Source: an uncultured bacterium (GTDB lineage: Bacteria > Acidobacteriota > Thermoanaerobaculia > Multivoradales > JAHZIX01). From it: a stretch of DNA of 64,000 nt. The stretch covers positions 64,001-128,000 of the forward strand of contig CBDUPA010000004.1 in NCBI GenBank assembly GCA_965368975.1. Reading direction: 5' to 3'. The notes under the pieces are model-generated. The model saw only the letters and a list, made by a program, of their open reading frames with translations, was not told where the DNA came from and did not search any database. Below, piece after piece: positions 50,051-58,824 of the stretch (the first letter of the stretch is position 1; every line of letters starts with the position of its first letter). The position numbers were made by a program, and so were the translations under genes.

Positions 50051-51004
50051 TCAGATGACGAACTTGTCGAGAACGCGCTCCAGCCCTTCGAGTTTCTCGG
50101 TCTGGCTCATGTCGAGCCCGCGCACGGTGGTCTCGTCGTAACAGGGCGCTTGTGCGTTGCGGTACAGGAGGCCGATCGATACCGGATCGGTACCCTCCGC
50201 GTAGCGGCGGGCGGCTTCCAGGTCCGCGGGGTCGTGTTCAGCCTTCTTCTTGTATAGCCGCCCGACCGGCTCGTCGACCGGGATGCCGTCTTCGTGGACC
50301 AGCAGTTGCAAGCGATCTGGGTCGTTGCGTAGCTCCAGCAACACGTCGTCGGTGTAGGTGGGGCAGCGCTGCAGGATGTGGACGAAGGCGAGGCCCGGAT
50401 GGTCGGCGGCCAGGCGCAGGGTCTGGTAGAGGTGCATCGGATTCCAGTCGACGCTGCGCGCGACGAAGGAGACGTTGCACAAGCCGAGCGCGACCAGCGC
50501 CGGATTGAGCGGCGGCAACAGGGCACCGCCGGGGTGGGTGTTGGTGTGGTACCCGATTGGCGTGGTGGGCGAAGTCTGCTTCTTGGTCAGGCCGTAGATG
50601 TTGTTGTCGAACAGCATCACCGTCATGCGGCAGTTGTAGCGCAGCGCGTGCACCCAGTGGCCAGCGCCGATCGAGCAGCAGTCGCCGTCGCCGGTGGCGA
50701 CGAAGATGTGCAGATCGGGCCGACGGCTGCGAATACCCGCGGCCACTGGCAGCGGCCGGCCGTGCAGACCGTGGAAGCCGTAGGAGTGCATGTAGTGGGG
50801 GAAGCGACTCGAGCAGCCGATGCCGGACACCGCCACCAGCTTCTCGGGTGGGATCTGCTGGTCACGGCAGATGCGCTGCACCGCGGATAGCACCGCGTGG
50901 TCGCCGCAGGCCGGGCACCAGCGTGCTACGCCGCCGTCGTAGTTCTCGAGGGTGAAGTAGCGGTCGGGGACCTCGAAGGCCCAGTCGCTGTTCATGCCGA
51001 ACAT
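50051..51004 (-). CDS. korB: 2-oxoacid:ferredoxin oxidoreductase beta subunit (TPP-binding)
   Basis: WCPACGD, SGIGCSSR, LHGR, GDGD..FDNNIYGLTKKQTSPT, QRCPTY; substrate not determinable; alternative start at ATG 50995. Confidence 0.88.
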   Translation of the reverse strand: MFGMNSDWAFEVPDRYFTLENYDGGVARWCPACGDHAVLSAVQRICRDQQIPPEKLVAVSGIGCSSRFPHYMHSYGFHGLHGRPLPVAAGIRSRRPDLHIFVATGDGDCCSIGAGHWVHALRYNCRMTVMLFDNNIYGLTKKQTSPTTPIGYHTNTHPGGALLPPLNPALVALGLCNVSFVARSVDWNPMHLYQTLRLAADHPGLAFVHILQRCPTYTDDVLLELRNDPDRLQLLVHEDGIPVDEPVGRLYKKKAEHDPADLEAARRYAEGTDPVSIGLLYRNAQAPCYDETTVRGLDMSQTEKLEGLERVLDKFVI

Positions 51005-52887
51005 GCTGCCTCCTCACCGCGTTGCAGGCGGCGTTCGAGTTCGCGGACGATTGCGCGAGGGGGAATCGGCTGGCCGTGGACCACGGACCAGCAGCCGATG
51101 TCGTGCAGGGTGTGCTCGCGTAGTAGTCGCGCCAGCTGGCCGCTACGCCGGTATTCGGCAGGGATGCCGCTGTCCGCGGTGTCGCTGTAGTTCATCTCGA
51201 TCGTCATCACCTGGGTGAAGCGATCGAAGATGCCAGCCAGACCGGGCTCCAGCGGCGACAGGAAGCGCAGGTGCAGCGAGGAGACCTTGTGGCCGGCCTC
51301 GCGCAGCTGGTCGACGGCCTCCTCGAGCGCACCCAGGGTCGAGCCCCAACCCACCACCAGCAGATCGCCCTCGGGGTCCCCGTGGAGCGCCGGCGGCTTG
51401 AGCGTCGAGGCCAGGGTGGCCAGCTTGCGGCTACGCATGGCGCAACCGCGCTGGTTGCTCTCTGGGTCGTAGGCGACCTTGCCCAGGCGCGTGTGTGCCA
51501 GGCCGGTGAGCACGTACTCGCCACCGCGCTGCCCGGGGATCGGTCGTTGCGACAGGCCGGTCTCGGCATCCCAGTCGTAGGGTGCCACATCCTGCGGCCA
51601 GGGCGATTGGTCGACCGGCGGTGACAGCCACTCGGCGCTCGGTCGCGGACGCGGGAAAGGCTGGACGCCGGTGGCCAGGTTGGCGTCGGTGAGCACGAAG
51701 ACCGGTGTGCGGAAGTCTTCCGCCAGGCGTCGCGCCAGCACCATGAAGTGGAAACACTCCTCGATCGTCGCCGGCGCCAGCACCACTTTGGGGGCGTCGC
51801 CCGGCGTGCCGTGCAGCACTGCCAGCAGGTCTGCTTGCTCGACCTTGGTCGGCAACCCGGTAGACGGGCCCCCGCGCTGCACCAGCAGTACCACCAGCGG
51901 CAACTCGGCCATCACCGCGAGGCCGATGAACTCGGTCTTCAACGCCAGGCCCGGGCCGGAGGTGATGGTGCAAGCGGTCTTGCCGGCATAGCTGGCCCCC
52001 AGGGCGTAGCCGATGGCGGCGATCTCGTCCTCCGCCTGGTGCACGATACCGCCCACCGCGGGGAAGGCGGCGGCCAGGAAGTGCGAAACCGACGTCGCCG
52101 GGGTGATCGGATACATCGCCACCACCTCGATTCCCGCGGCCATGATGCCCAGACCTGCAGCCTGGTTTCCGTTCATCACCACCAGTTCCTGTTCGGTCGG
52201 CCGGGGTGGCACCTCGAAGCGCAGGTCGAGGCGTTCGGCGGCGAAGGACCAGCCAGCGCGCACTAGATCCTGGTTGGTCTCGACCACCTGCTCGCCCTTG
52301 CGTGCGAAGACGGCCTTCACCTCGTGCAGCGCCTTGTCCAGGTCGCGGCCGTAGATCTGGCACAGCACGCCGAGCACGAACATGTTGCGACCGACGCGGG
52401 CGTCGCCGGCAATCTCGGCGCAGGCCTCCTGCAGCGCCACCTCGATCACGTGTAGCCCGCGTTCCTGGAAGCTGGCCAGGGCCTCGGCATATTGCTGCCG
52501 GATCTCCTCCTGCGGGTCTTGCGCCCAGCTGCTCTCTAGCAGGATGACGGTGCCTTCGCGGTAGGCTTCCTGGGCGATGCGGCCGTAGATCACTTGCTCG
52601 TTGAACGCGACCACCAAGTCTGCCTCGTCGCCCAGGTTGGTCACCTTGCGGTCGGCGAAGCGTACTCGGATGCCGCTGGCTCCCGCCCGCGAGCGTGCCG
52701 GCGGCTTGATTTCGGCGGGAATGATTTCCACCGTCCAGACGCCGTTGCCCATCTTGGCGCAGACGGTGCCGAAGATCTGTCCGGCCTTCTGCGCACCTTC
52801 GCCCGAGTCACTGACGATTTCGACGATCGCCTGGTGTACGCGGGCCCTCTCTTGGACTCCTGCCGGAGTCGAGACTGCAGTACCCAT
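50992..52887 (-). CDS. korA: 2-oxoacid:ferredoxin oxidoreductase alpha subunit (gamma-alpha fusion)
   Basis: DSGEGAQKAG, MNGNQA, YPITPAT, QAEDEIAA, TSGPGLALKTE, QRGGPSTGLPTKVEQAD, GWGST. Confidence 0.88.
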   Translation of the reverse strand: MGTAVSTPAGVQERARVHQAIVEIVSDSGEGAQKAGQIFGTVCAKMGNGVWTVEIIPAEIKPPARSRAGASGIRVRFADRKVTNLGDEADLVVAFNEQVIYGRIAQEAYREGTVILLESSWAQDPQEEIRQQYAEALASFQERGLHVIEVALQEACAEIAGDARVGRNMFVLGVLCQIYGRDLDKALHEVKAVFARKGEQVVETNQDLVRAGWSFAAERLDLRFEVPPRPTEQELVVMNGNQAAGLGIMAAGIEVVAMYPITPATSVSHFLAAAFPAVGGIVHQAEDEIAAIGYALGASYAGKTACTITSGPGLALKTEFIGLAVMAELPLVVLLVQRGGPSTGLPTKVEQADLLAVLHGTPGDAPKVVLAPATIEECFHFMVLARRLAEDFRTPVFVLTDANLATGVQPFPRPRPSAEWLSPPVDQSPWPQDVAPYDWDAETGLSQRPIPGQRGGEYVLTGLAHTRLGKVAYDPESNQRGCAMRSRKLATLASTLKPPALHGDPEGDLLVVGWGSTLGALEEAVDQLREAGHKVSSLHLRFLSPLEPGLAGIFDRFTQVMTIEMNYSDTADSGIPAEYRRSGQLARLLREHTLHDIGCWSVVHGQPIPPRAIVRELERRLQRGEEAACSA

Positions 52888-52920
52888 GGTCCATGCCTCC
52901 CGTCAGGCACAGGAGCGACG

Positions 52921-53382
52921 TCAGTCGCCGGTGCCAAGATCCGTGTAGACAGAGTCGAGGAACAACTCGGTCTCCTCTACCTCGTGGGCATGGAGACGCT
53001 GTGCCAGGTCGGCGACGCCGCTGAGCAAGTCGGCCATCGGGCCGTTGCTGAGGGCGCGGGCGCTGCCCAACAAGTGGTCGAGATCACCGAGGAACTGTCG
53101 ATGCTCCTCGAAGAGGTGCTCCACTGAGGGCAGTAATTGCGGTGTCGATCGACCGACGGCAGCGCTCAGACCATCCTCGGCCTCCTCGGTCTCGAAGTGG
53201 GCGCGCAGCAGGGTCTGCAACTTCTCGAGATCCTCGGCCAGACGACCGGGGGCGTCGAGTTGCACGATCTCGTCGAGCAGGGCCGAGAGGGCCGCATGCT
53301 CGTCGGCAATACGAGTCTTGGCCGCAGCGGTAACCGCGGACTCTCTCTCTTCACTATTCGGCATCAGGGGCCTCTCTTCCAT
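52921..53382 (-). CDS. Hemerythrin-like (HHE cation-binding) protein
   Basis: DEH, AHFETEE, EEHRQF, AHEVEE: the H/HxxxE/H/HxxxE di-metal ligand pattern; start at 53382 or 53364. Confidence 0.8.
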   Translation of the reverse strand: MEERPLMPNSEERESAVTAAAKTRIADEHAALSALLDEIVQLDAPGRLAEDLEKLQTLLRAHFETEEAEDGLSAAVGRSTPQLLPSVEHLFEEHRQFLGDLDHLLGSARALSNGPMADLLSGVADLAQRLHAHEVEETELFLDSVYTDLGTGD

Positions 53383-53623
53383 TGCCTTGTGCCGGGTTGG
53401 CCCACCGTGTGGAGGTGGGCGTCTCCTGAAGCTCTGGAAGTGATGATGCCGTCGAGTTGGGACGTTGGCTATACCTGCCGGGGTGGTTCGGACGTTCTGG
53501 GCACTGTCCGAACAGGTGGCTCGCGCCTCGACAGGGCCAGCTGATCACGCCAAGCGATTCTTGGTGCCGCTCACTCCCCATCTGGGTAGTCTGGTCCACC
53601 GTCGTCAGTGATATTCTCGCGCC

Positions 53624-53851
53624 ATGGACAAGGAAAAAGTTGCCCGTGACGTACTTTCCCAGTTGAGTGGCGTCGACGCCGCCAAGATCGAGCCGAAGAT
53701 GGACCTGGTTGCTGACCTGGGGATCGACTCTCCGAAAGCTCTGCAACTGCTCGTCGAGCTGGAAGACCGCTTGAGCATCGAGATCAGCGACGAGGCGGCG
53801 GCTCGGATGGACACGGCGGGCGATATCTTCGACTTCTTAGCGACCGCGTGA
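53624..53851 (+). CDS. Acyl carrier protein
   Basis: 75 aa, acidic, DLVADLGIDSP phosphopantetheine site, ELED..IEISDEAA. Confidence 0.88.
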   Translation: MDKEKVARDVLSQLSGVDAAKIEPKMDLVADLGIDSPKALQLLVELEDRLSIEISDEAAARMDTAGDIFDFLATA

Positions 53852-54615
53852 GCGAAGGCGCTTCTTCACAAACCCTCTGGCAACAGCAGCTGAAGAGCCG
53901 GCTCGTCGCGACGCTAATCCGTTGGGTGGTCCAACTGGTCGGACTCACCTGCCGCTATCGGTTTGTCAGTGGTGCCGAGCACCTGCAGCTGTGGCGCTAC
54001 AGTGGACGACCTGCGGTGTTCAGTTGCTGGCACAATCGGGTGTTCTTCTGTGCCGATTTCTTGCGCCGTCGGCTGATCCGGCAGGGCATGCCGCTGTCGA
54101 TCTTGGTGAGCCACTCCCGCGACGGTGAGATCGGGGCGCGGCTGGCGCAGGCCTGGGGGGCACGGGTGGTCCGTGGATCGACGTCGCGGGGTGGGTCGGC
54201 AGGCTTGCGCAAGATTTACCGCGCGGTGATCCAGGACGGGGTCTCGTCGGTGACCCTGCCGGACGGGCCGCGAGGGCCCCTCTACGAGGCCCAGGGCGGG
54301 GCGGTGGTGCTGGCGCAGATGTGCGGCATTCCGATCGTGCCGCTGGCGTTCGCGGCTCGACGCTTCTGGCGGCTGCGATCATGGGATCGCATCTTCATCC
54401 CCAAGCCGTTCACTCGCATCGACGTGGTGGTCGGCGAACCATTGGAGGTGCCGCGGCAGTTGGCGGAGGGGGAGCTGGATGTCTGGCGGCTGCGGCTGCA
54501 AGATGCGCTGAACGATTGCACGCGGACAGCGGATGGACCCGGCACGGATGTGCCCGGCGTGGATGTGCCCGGCGTGGATGTACCTGTGGAGAAACAGGGC
54601 ACGGATGTGCCGTGA
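53848..54615 (+). CDS. DUF374 (LpxJ-like) acyltransferase family protein
   Basis: CWHNR, SHSRDGE, RGSTSRGG, PDGPRGP, SWDRIFIPKPF; GTGA overlap with ACP. Confidence 0.85.
   Translation: MSEGASSQTLWQQQLKSRLVATLIRWVVQLVGLTCRYRFVSGAEHLQLWRYSGRPAVFSCWHNRVFFCADFLRRRLIRQGMPLSILVSHSRDGEIGARLAQAWGARVVRGSTSRGGSAGLRKIYRAVIQDGVSSVTLPDGPRGPLYEAQGGAVVLAQMCGIPIVPLAFAARRFWRLRSWDRIFIPKPFTRIDVVVGEPLEVPRQLAEGELDVWRLRLQDALNDCTRTADGPGTDVPGVDVPGVDVPVEKQGTDVP
54541..54612. repeat. 15-bp tandem repeats encoding G(T/V)DVP
   Basis: ggcacggatgtgccc, ggcgtggatgtgccc, ggcgtggatgtacct, plus a fourth copy at 54598-54612. Confidence 0.85.
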
Positions 54616-54685
54616 GCAGCGACACGCAGCTTGAGTGTGCCAGAATGAACGCAGAACTCGCGTTGATGACCAAGAGGAGGGAGCC

Positions 54686-55159
54686 ATGAGCGAGCGCGAA
54701 GAAACGCAGAATCTATTCGAGAGCTGGAACCGGGAAACGCTGCTGGAGGAGTATGTGCAGCGGCGCGACGACTATCTGCCGGACGCTCAGGAGATGCTGC
54801 ACGACGAGCTGCGCCGCCGCGGCACCAGCGACGAGGAGATCAGTGCCGCCGAGCGGGCCTACAACGAGGGACTGGAAGGACACCCGCTGGCCGACGAGGC
54901 GTTGGTGGTGGTCGAGACGTACGACGACATGGTGTATGCGACGGCGGCTCGCGATCTGCTACAACAGCACGACATCCCGTCGCTGCTGCATGGCTCGGAT
55001 CACATGCTCTTCGGGCCAGGTTTGCTGCGGGTCGGTCCAGACCCGATCACACTGAAGGTGGCCGAGCACACCGAGGCGAAGGCCAGGCAGGTGCTGAGCG
55101 AGATGGCTCCGCAGGAGAGCGACGCCTCGGAGGGCGCCGAGAACGACGACGCGGCTTGA
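54686..55159 (+). CDS. Hypothetical protein with DUF2007-like (putative signal-transducing) C-terminal domain
   Basis: GAGGAGG RBS; LVVVETY..YATAARDLLQQHDIPSLL..LKVAEHTEAKARQVL. Confidence 0.65.
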   Translation: MSEREETQNLFESWNRETLLEEYVQRRDDYLPDAQEMLHDELRRRGTSDEEISAAERAYNEGLEGHPLADEALVVVETYDDMVYATAARDLLQQHDIPSLLHGSDHMLFGPGLLRVGPDPITLKVAEHTEAKARQVLSEMAPQESDASEGAENDDAA

Positions 55160-55224
55160 CGTCGAAGACGTAACTACACAGTTACTACCGCCGGCGCGCA
55201 GGGCGCGATACACTACGCGGTCCC

Positions 55225-58200
55225 ATGGATTCCCACTTGACTTCCGCTCTCCACCGGCGCCTGCGGGACAGCGAGCCGTACCGCGCGCTGGCCGGGACGT
55301 TGCGCGATACCTTCAGTGCTGTCGATGTGCAGCGTCTGCCGCTGCCGGCTGCGGCGTGGGCAGGAGAACTGCTCGGGCGCGACCTGGACCGTCCGCTGCT
55401 GGTGGTGGTGCCACGAGAGGCCGATGCACTCGCCTGGCTGGAGGCGGCGCGTCTCTTTGCCGCTGATGTTTCGGCCGAGGCTGGGAAGGGGGCGGACGGG
55501 GGGACGGCGGTCTACTTCCCGGCTCCGTCGCTGAGTCCGTACCAGGAGGCGGATACCTCGTTGCCGGTACGAGCGCAAGAAGCTGTGGCGCTCGAGCGGA
55601 TCTTGGGTGGTGGTGTGCGGACGGTCGTGTGTACGCCGCGCGCGCTGTTCCGGCGCCTGCCAGCGGCGCGGGAACTGCGGTCGGCCGCGGTCGACTTGGT
55701 GGTCGACGAGGAATTGCCGATCGAGCTGCTGAGCGAACACCTGCTGCGGTACGGCTACCAGCGCACGGACCTGGTCACCGAGGTCGGCGAGTTCGCGGTA
55801 CGCGGTGGGGTGTTCGACCTCTTTCCACCGGGGCAGGAACTACCGGTGCGCCTCGACCTCTTTGGCGACACGATAGAGTCGATCCGCAGCTTCGACCCTG
55901 ACAGCCAGCGCTCGGAGGATCGTCTGACTGCGGTGCGCGCGGTACCGCTGGCACTGCAGCCGGTCGACCACGATGCGGCGCGGCGGCTGCGCGTTGAGCT
56001 GGCGCGGCGGCAGGGGCCGGAAGTGAGCCCCGAAGCGGCGGCCCGCTTGCGAGATCTCGAGGAGCGTGGACGCTTTCCCGGTTGGGAGAACTACCTGCCG
56101 GTGCTGCACGGGGACACCGGTACCGAGGCGAGTGTTTCGCTGCCCTCGCTTCTCGGCACCGCCTTGACGGTGCTGGTGGAGCCCGGCGCGTTGGTGCAGG
56201 AGGCCGATCACCATCGCGACACGTTGGTCGAGGAGTACGAGACGCGGCTGCGCGAGCATCGCCTGGCGGCAGCCCCCGAGGAGCTGGAATTCAGCCTCGA
56301 CGCCGTGCTCGACGTGTTGAGTCGTGCGCGGCTGCGGCTACAGCCTCTCATCGGAGGTGGACAGCTCAGTGCCGCGGGCGCTGGTGCAGCAGGTGGGGGG
56401 GCCGCCGAGGCGGTCGAGGTCGACTTTGGCGCCATGCTGACGGATTCGTTCCACGGGCAGCTGCCGCGCTTCGCCACCGACGTGCGCACGGCTGGTGAGC
56501 GCGGGGAGCGGGCGGTGGTCGTGGTCACCCCGGAACATCGGCCGCGCCTGACCGAGTTGCTCGAAGGTCGCGAACTCAGCGTCGGCAGCGATGGCCTGCA
56601 GCTGGTCGAGGGCGAGCTGCAGCGCGGCTTCCGCCTGCCGGCGGTGGGCGTATCGTTCTACGGCGAGAGCCAGCTCTTCCCGCGTGTCGCCCCGGCGATC
56701 CGGCGGCGTTCCAAGGTGCGCTACGGACCCTTCATCTCGAGCCTGCGCGACCTCAAGGTCGGGGATCACGTCGTGCACGTAGATCACGGCATCGGCCGTT
56801 TCGCCGCGTTACGCGCGATCCGTCCCGAGGGTTCCGACGGAGGACCCCTGCCGCCTTCTCTGCAGGGGCTGAAGTCAGAGGCTGAGGCGGTCGAGGTGAT
56901 GGAGATCGTCTACAACAGCGGCCGGACGCTGCTGTTGCCGCTGTCGCGCCTCGACCAGGTCCAGAAGTACAGTGGCATCGAAGGCTCGGCGCCGCGCCTC
57001 GACTCCCTGGGAGGTACTTCCTGGAACAAGACCAAGTCCAAGGTGCGCAAGAGCCTGCGCCAGATGGCCGGGCAGCTGCTCAAGCTGTACGCCGAGCGGC
57101 AGCTGGCCGAGGCGCCGGTCATGGCCCAGGAAAGCGACCTACAGCGCCAGTTCGGGGCTGCCTTCGCCTATGACGAGACCGGCGACCAGTTGGAGGCGAT
57201 TCGCGAGATCGGTGAGGACCTGCAGCGCAAGCGGCCCATGGACCGGTTGCTGTGCGGTGATGTTGGCTACGGCAAGACAGAAGTGGCCATGCGCGCCGCC
57301 TTCAAGGTGGTTGACAGCGGTTTCCAGGTAGCGGTGCTGGCACCGACGACGATCCTGGCGGATCAGCACTTGGAGACCTTCCGCAAGCGCTTTGCCGGCT
57401 TCCCCGTGACCATCGACATGGTGTCGCGCTTCCGCAGCAACGCTGAGATGAAGGTGATTGCCGACAAGGTCGCGGCCGGCACGATCGATGTGCTGGTCGG
57501 CACCCACCGCCTGCTCAGCAAGGATCTGGAGTTCAAGAAGCTCGGCTTGCTGATCGTCGACGAAGAGCAGCGCTTCGGTGTGGCGCAGAAGGAGAAGCTG
57601 AAGCAGCTGAAGAAGGACGTACACGTCCTGGCGATGTCGGCGACGCCGGTTCCGCGCACCTTGCAGCTGTCCCTGGCCGGTGTGCGGGACCTGTCGGTGA
57701 TCGAGACGCCGCCCAAGGACCGCATGGCGGTCGAGACGACGATCCTGCCGTTCACGCCCGAGTTGGTGCGCGAGGCGGTCGAGTTCGAACTGGAGCGCGG
57801 TGGCCAGGTCTATTACGTGTACAACCGCGTCGAATCGATCGAGAATATGCTCACCTGGCTCAAAGAGATCGTGCCGCAGGCGCGCATCACCGTCGGTCAC
57901 GGGCAGCTCGATGAGCGAGAGCTGGCGCGCCGCATGCACGCCTTTACCGACCATCAGTACGACATTCTGTTGGCCAGCACTATCATCGAGAACGGTATCG
58001 ATATCCCCAATGTCAACACGATGATCGTGCACCAAGCCGAGCGCTTTGGTCTGTCGCAGCTCTACCAGCTGCGTGGCCGGGTCGGGCGTAGCAACCAACT
58101 CGCGTACTGCTACCTGCTGGTGGCGCAGGACAAGATCCTGACCGAGCTGGCGCGCAAGCGCCTGGCAGCGATCCGCGAGTTCACGGACTTGGGCGCTGGA

Positions 58201-58824
58201 TTCCGCATTGCCGCCCGCGATCTCGAGATCCGTGGTGCCGGCAATCTGCTGGGGTCCGAACAGAGCGGGCATATCGCAGCTGTTGGCATCGAGACCTATC
58301 TCAAGATGCTCGAAGATGCGGTGCGCGAACTGCGCGGCGAGGCGGTGAGCGAAGCGCCGTCCACCACGATGGATCTGCCGGTGCCGATGTCGATTCCCGA
58401 GGAGTACGTGCAGGACGCCAATTTGCGCATGGAGGTCTACCGCAAGGTGGCCGCTGGCGAGAGTTCCGAGGCCGACCTGCTGGCCGAGCTGACCGACCGC
58501 TTCGGGGCGCCACCGCCGTCGGTCCACACCTTGCTCAAGGCGGCGGAGGTGAAGCGACGAGCCGAGGTGCTGCGGGTACAGGCGTTGTCGGTGCAGAAGG
58601 GCACGCTCACCCTGCGCCTGCGTCAGGATACGCGCGTCGACCTCGAATCTCTGATCGCGTTGGTGTCGCAGCACAAGGGCGCGAGCTTCAGTCCGAGCGG
58701 CGCCCTGTCGCTGCCGGCAGCGGCTGGAGCCGAGGTGTTGCCACAGATCTTGGGGTTGTTCGATGAGCTGGATACGGGCGAGGTGGAGTCCCAGCAAGCG
58801 AAGGCGATGGAGGTGGCGTCGTGA
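55225..58824 (+). CDS. mfd: Transcription-repair coupling factor
   Basis: GEFAVRGGVFDLF, VVHVDHGIGRF, PMDRLLCGDVGYGKTEVA, DEEQRFGV, SATPVPRTL, QLRGRVGRS, RDLEIRGAGNLLG. Confidence 0.97.
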   Translation: MDSHLTSALHRRLRDSEPYRALAGTLRDTFSAVDVQRLPLPAAAWAGELLGRDLDRPLLVVVPREADALAWLEAARLFAADVSAEAGKGADGGTAVYFPAPSLSPYQEADTSLPVRAQEAVALERILGGGVRTVVCTPRALFRRLPAARELRSAAVDLVVDEELPIELLSEHLLRYGYQRTDLVTEVGEFAVRGGVFDLFPPGQELPVRLDLFGDTIESIRSFDPDSQRSEDRLTAVRAVPLALQPVDHDAARRLRVELARRQGPEVSPEAAARLRDLEERGRFPGWENYLPVLHGDTGTEASVSLPSLLGTALTVLVEPGALVQEADHHRDTLVEEYETRLREHRLAAAPEELEFSLDAVLDVLSRARLRLQPLIGGGQLSAAGAGAAGGGAAEAVEVDFGAMLTDSFHGQLPRFATDVRTAGERGERAVVVVTPEHRPRLTELLEGRELSVGSDGLQLVEGELQRGFRLPAVGVSFYGESQLFPRVAPAIRRRSKVRYGPFISSLRDLKVGDHVVHVDHGIGRFAALRAIRPEGSDGGPLPPSLQGLKSEAEAVEVMEIVYNSGRTLLLPLSRLDQVQKYSGIEGSAPRLDSLGGTSWNKTKSKVRKSLRQMAGQLLKLYAERQLAEAPVMAQESDLQRQFGAAFAYDETGDQLEAIREIGEDLQRKRPMDRLLCGDVGYGKTEVAMRAAFKVVDSGFQVAVLAPTTILADQHLETFRKRFAGFPVTIDMVSRFRSNAEMKVIADKVAAGTIDVLVGTHRLLSKDLEFKKLGLLIVDEEQRFGVAQKEKLKQLKKDVHVLAMSATPVPRTLQLSLAGVRDLSVIETPPKDRMAVETTILPFTPELVREAVEFELERGGQVYYVYNRVESIENMLTWLKEIVPQARITVGHGQLDERELARRMHAFTDHQYDILLASTIIENGIDIPNVNTMIVHQAERFGLSQLYQLRGRVGRSNQLAYCYLLVAQDKILTELARKRLAAIREFTDLGAGFRIAARDLEIRGAGNLLGSEQSGHIAAVGIETYLKMLEDAVRELRGEAVSEAPSTTMDLPVPMSIPEEYVQDANLRMEVYRKVAAGESSEADLLAELTDRFGAPPPSVHTLLKAAEVKRRAEVLRVQALSVQKGTLTLRLRQDTRVDLESLIALVSQHKGASFSPSGALSLPAAAGAEVLPQILGLFDELDTGEVESQQAKAMEVAS

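Noticed and set aside
53383-53623. FNR box or sigma-54 promoter upstream of the kor-rnf operon
   Set aside because: By eye I found no TTGAT-N4-ATCAA and no correctly spaced GG-N10-GC consensus. Only a weak CCAAG-N5-CTTGG palindrome is present.
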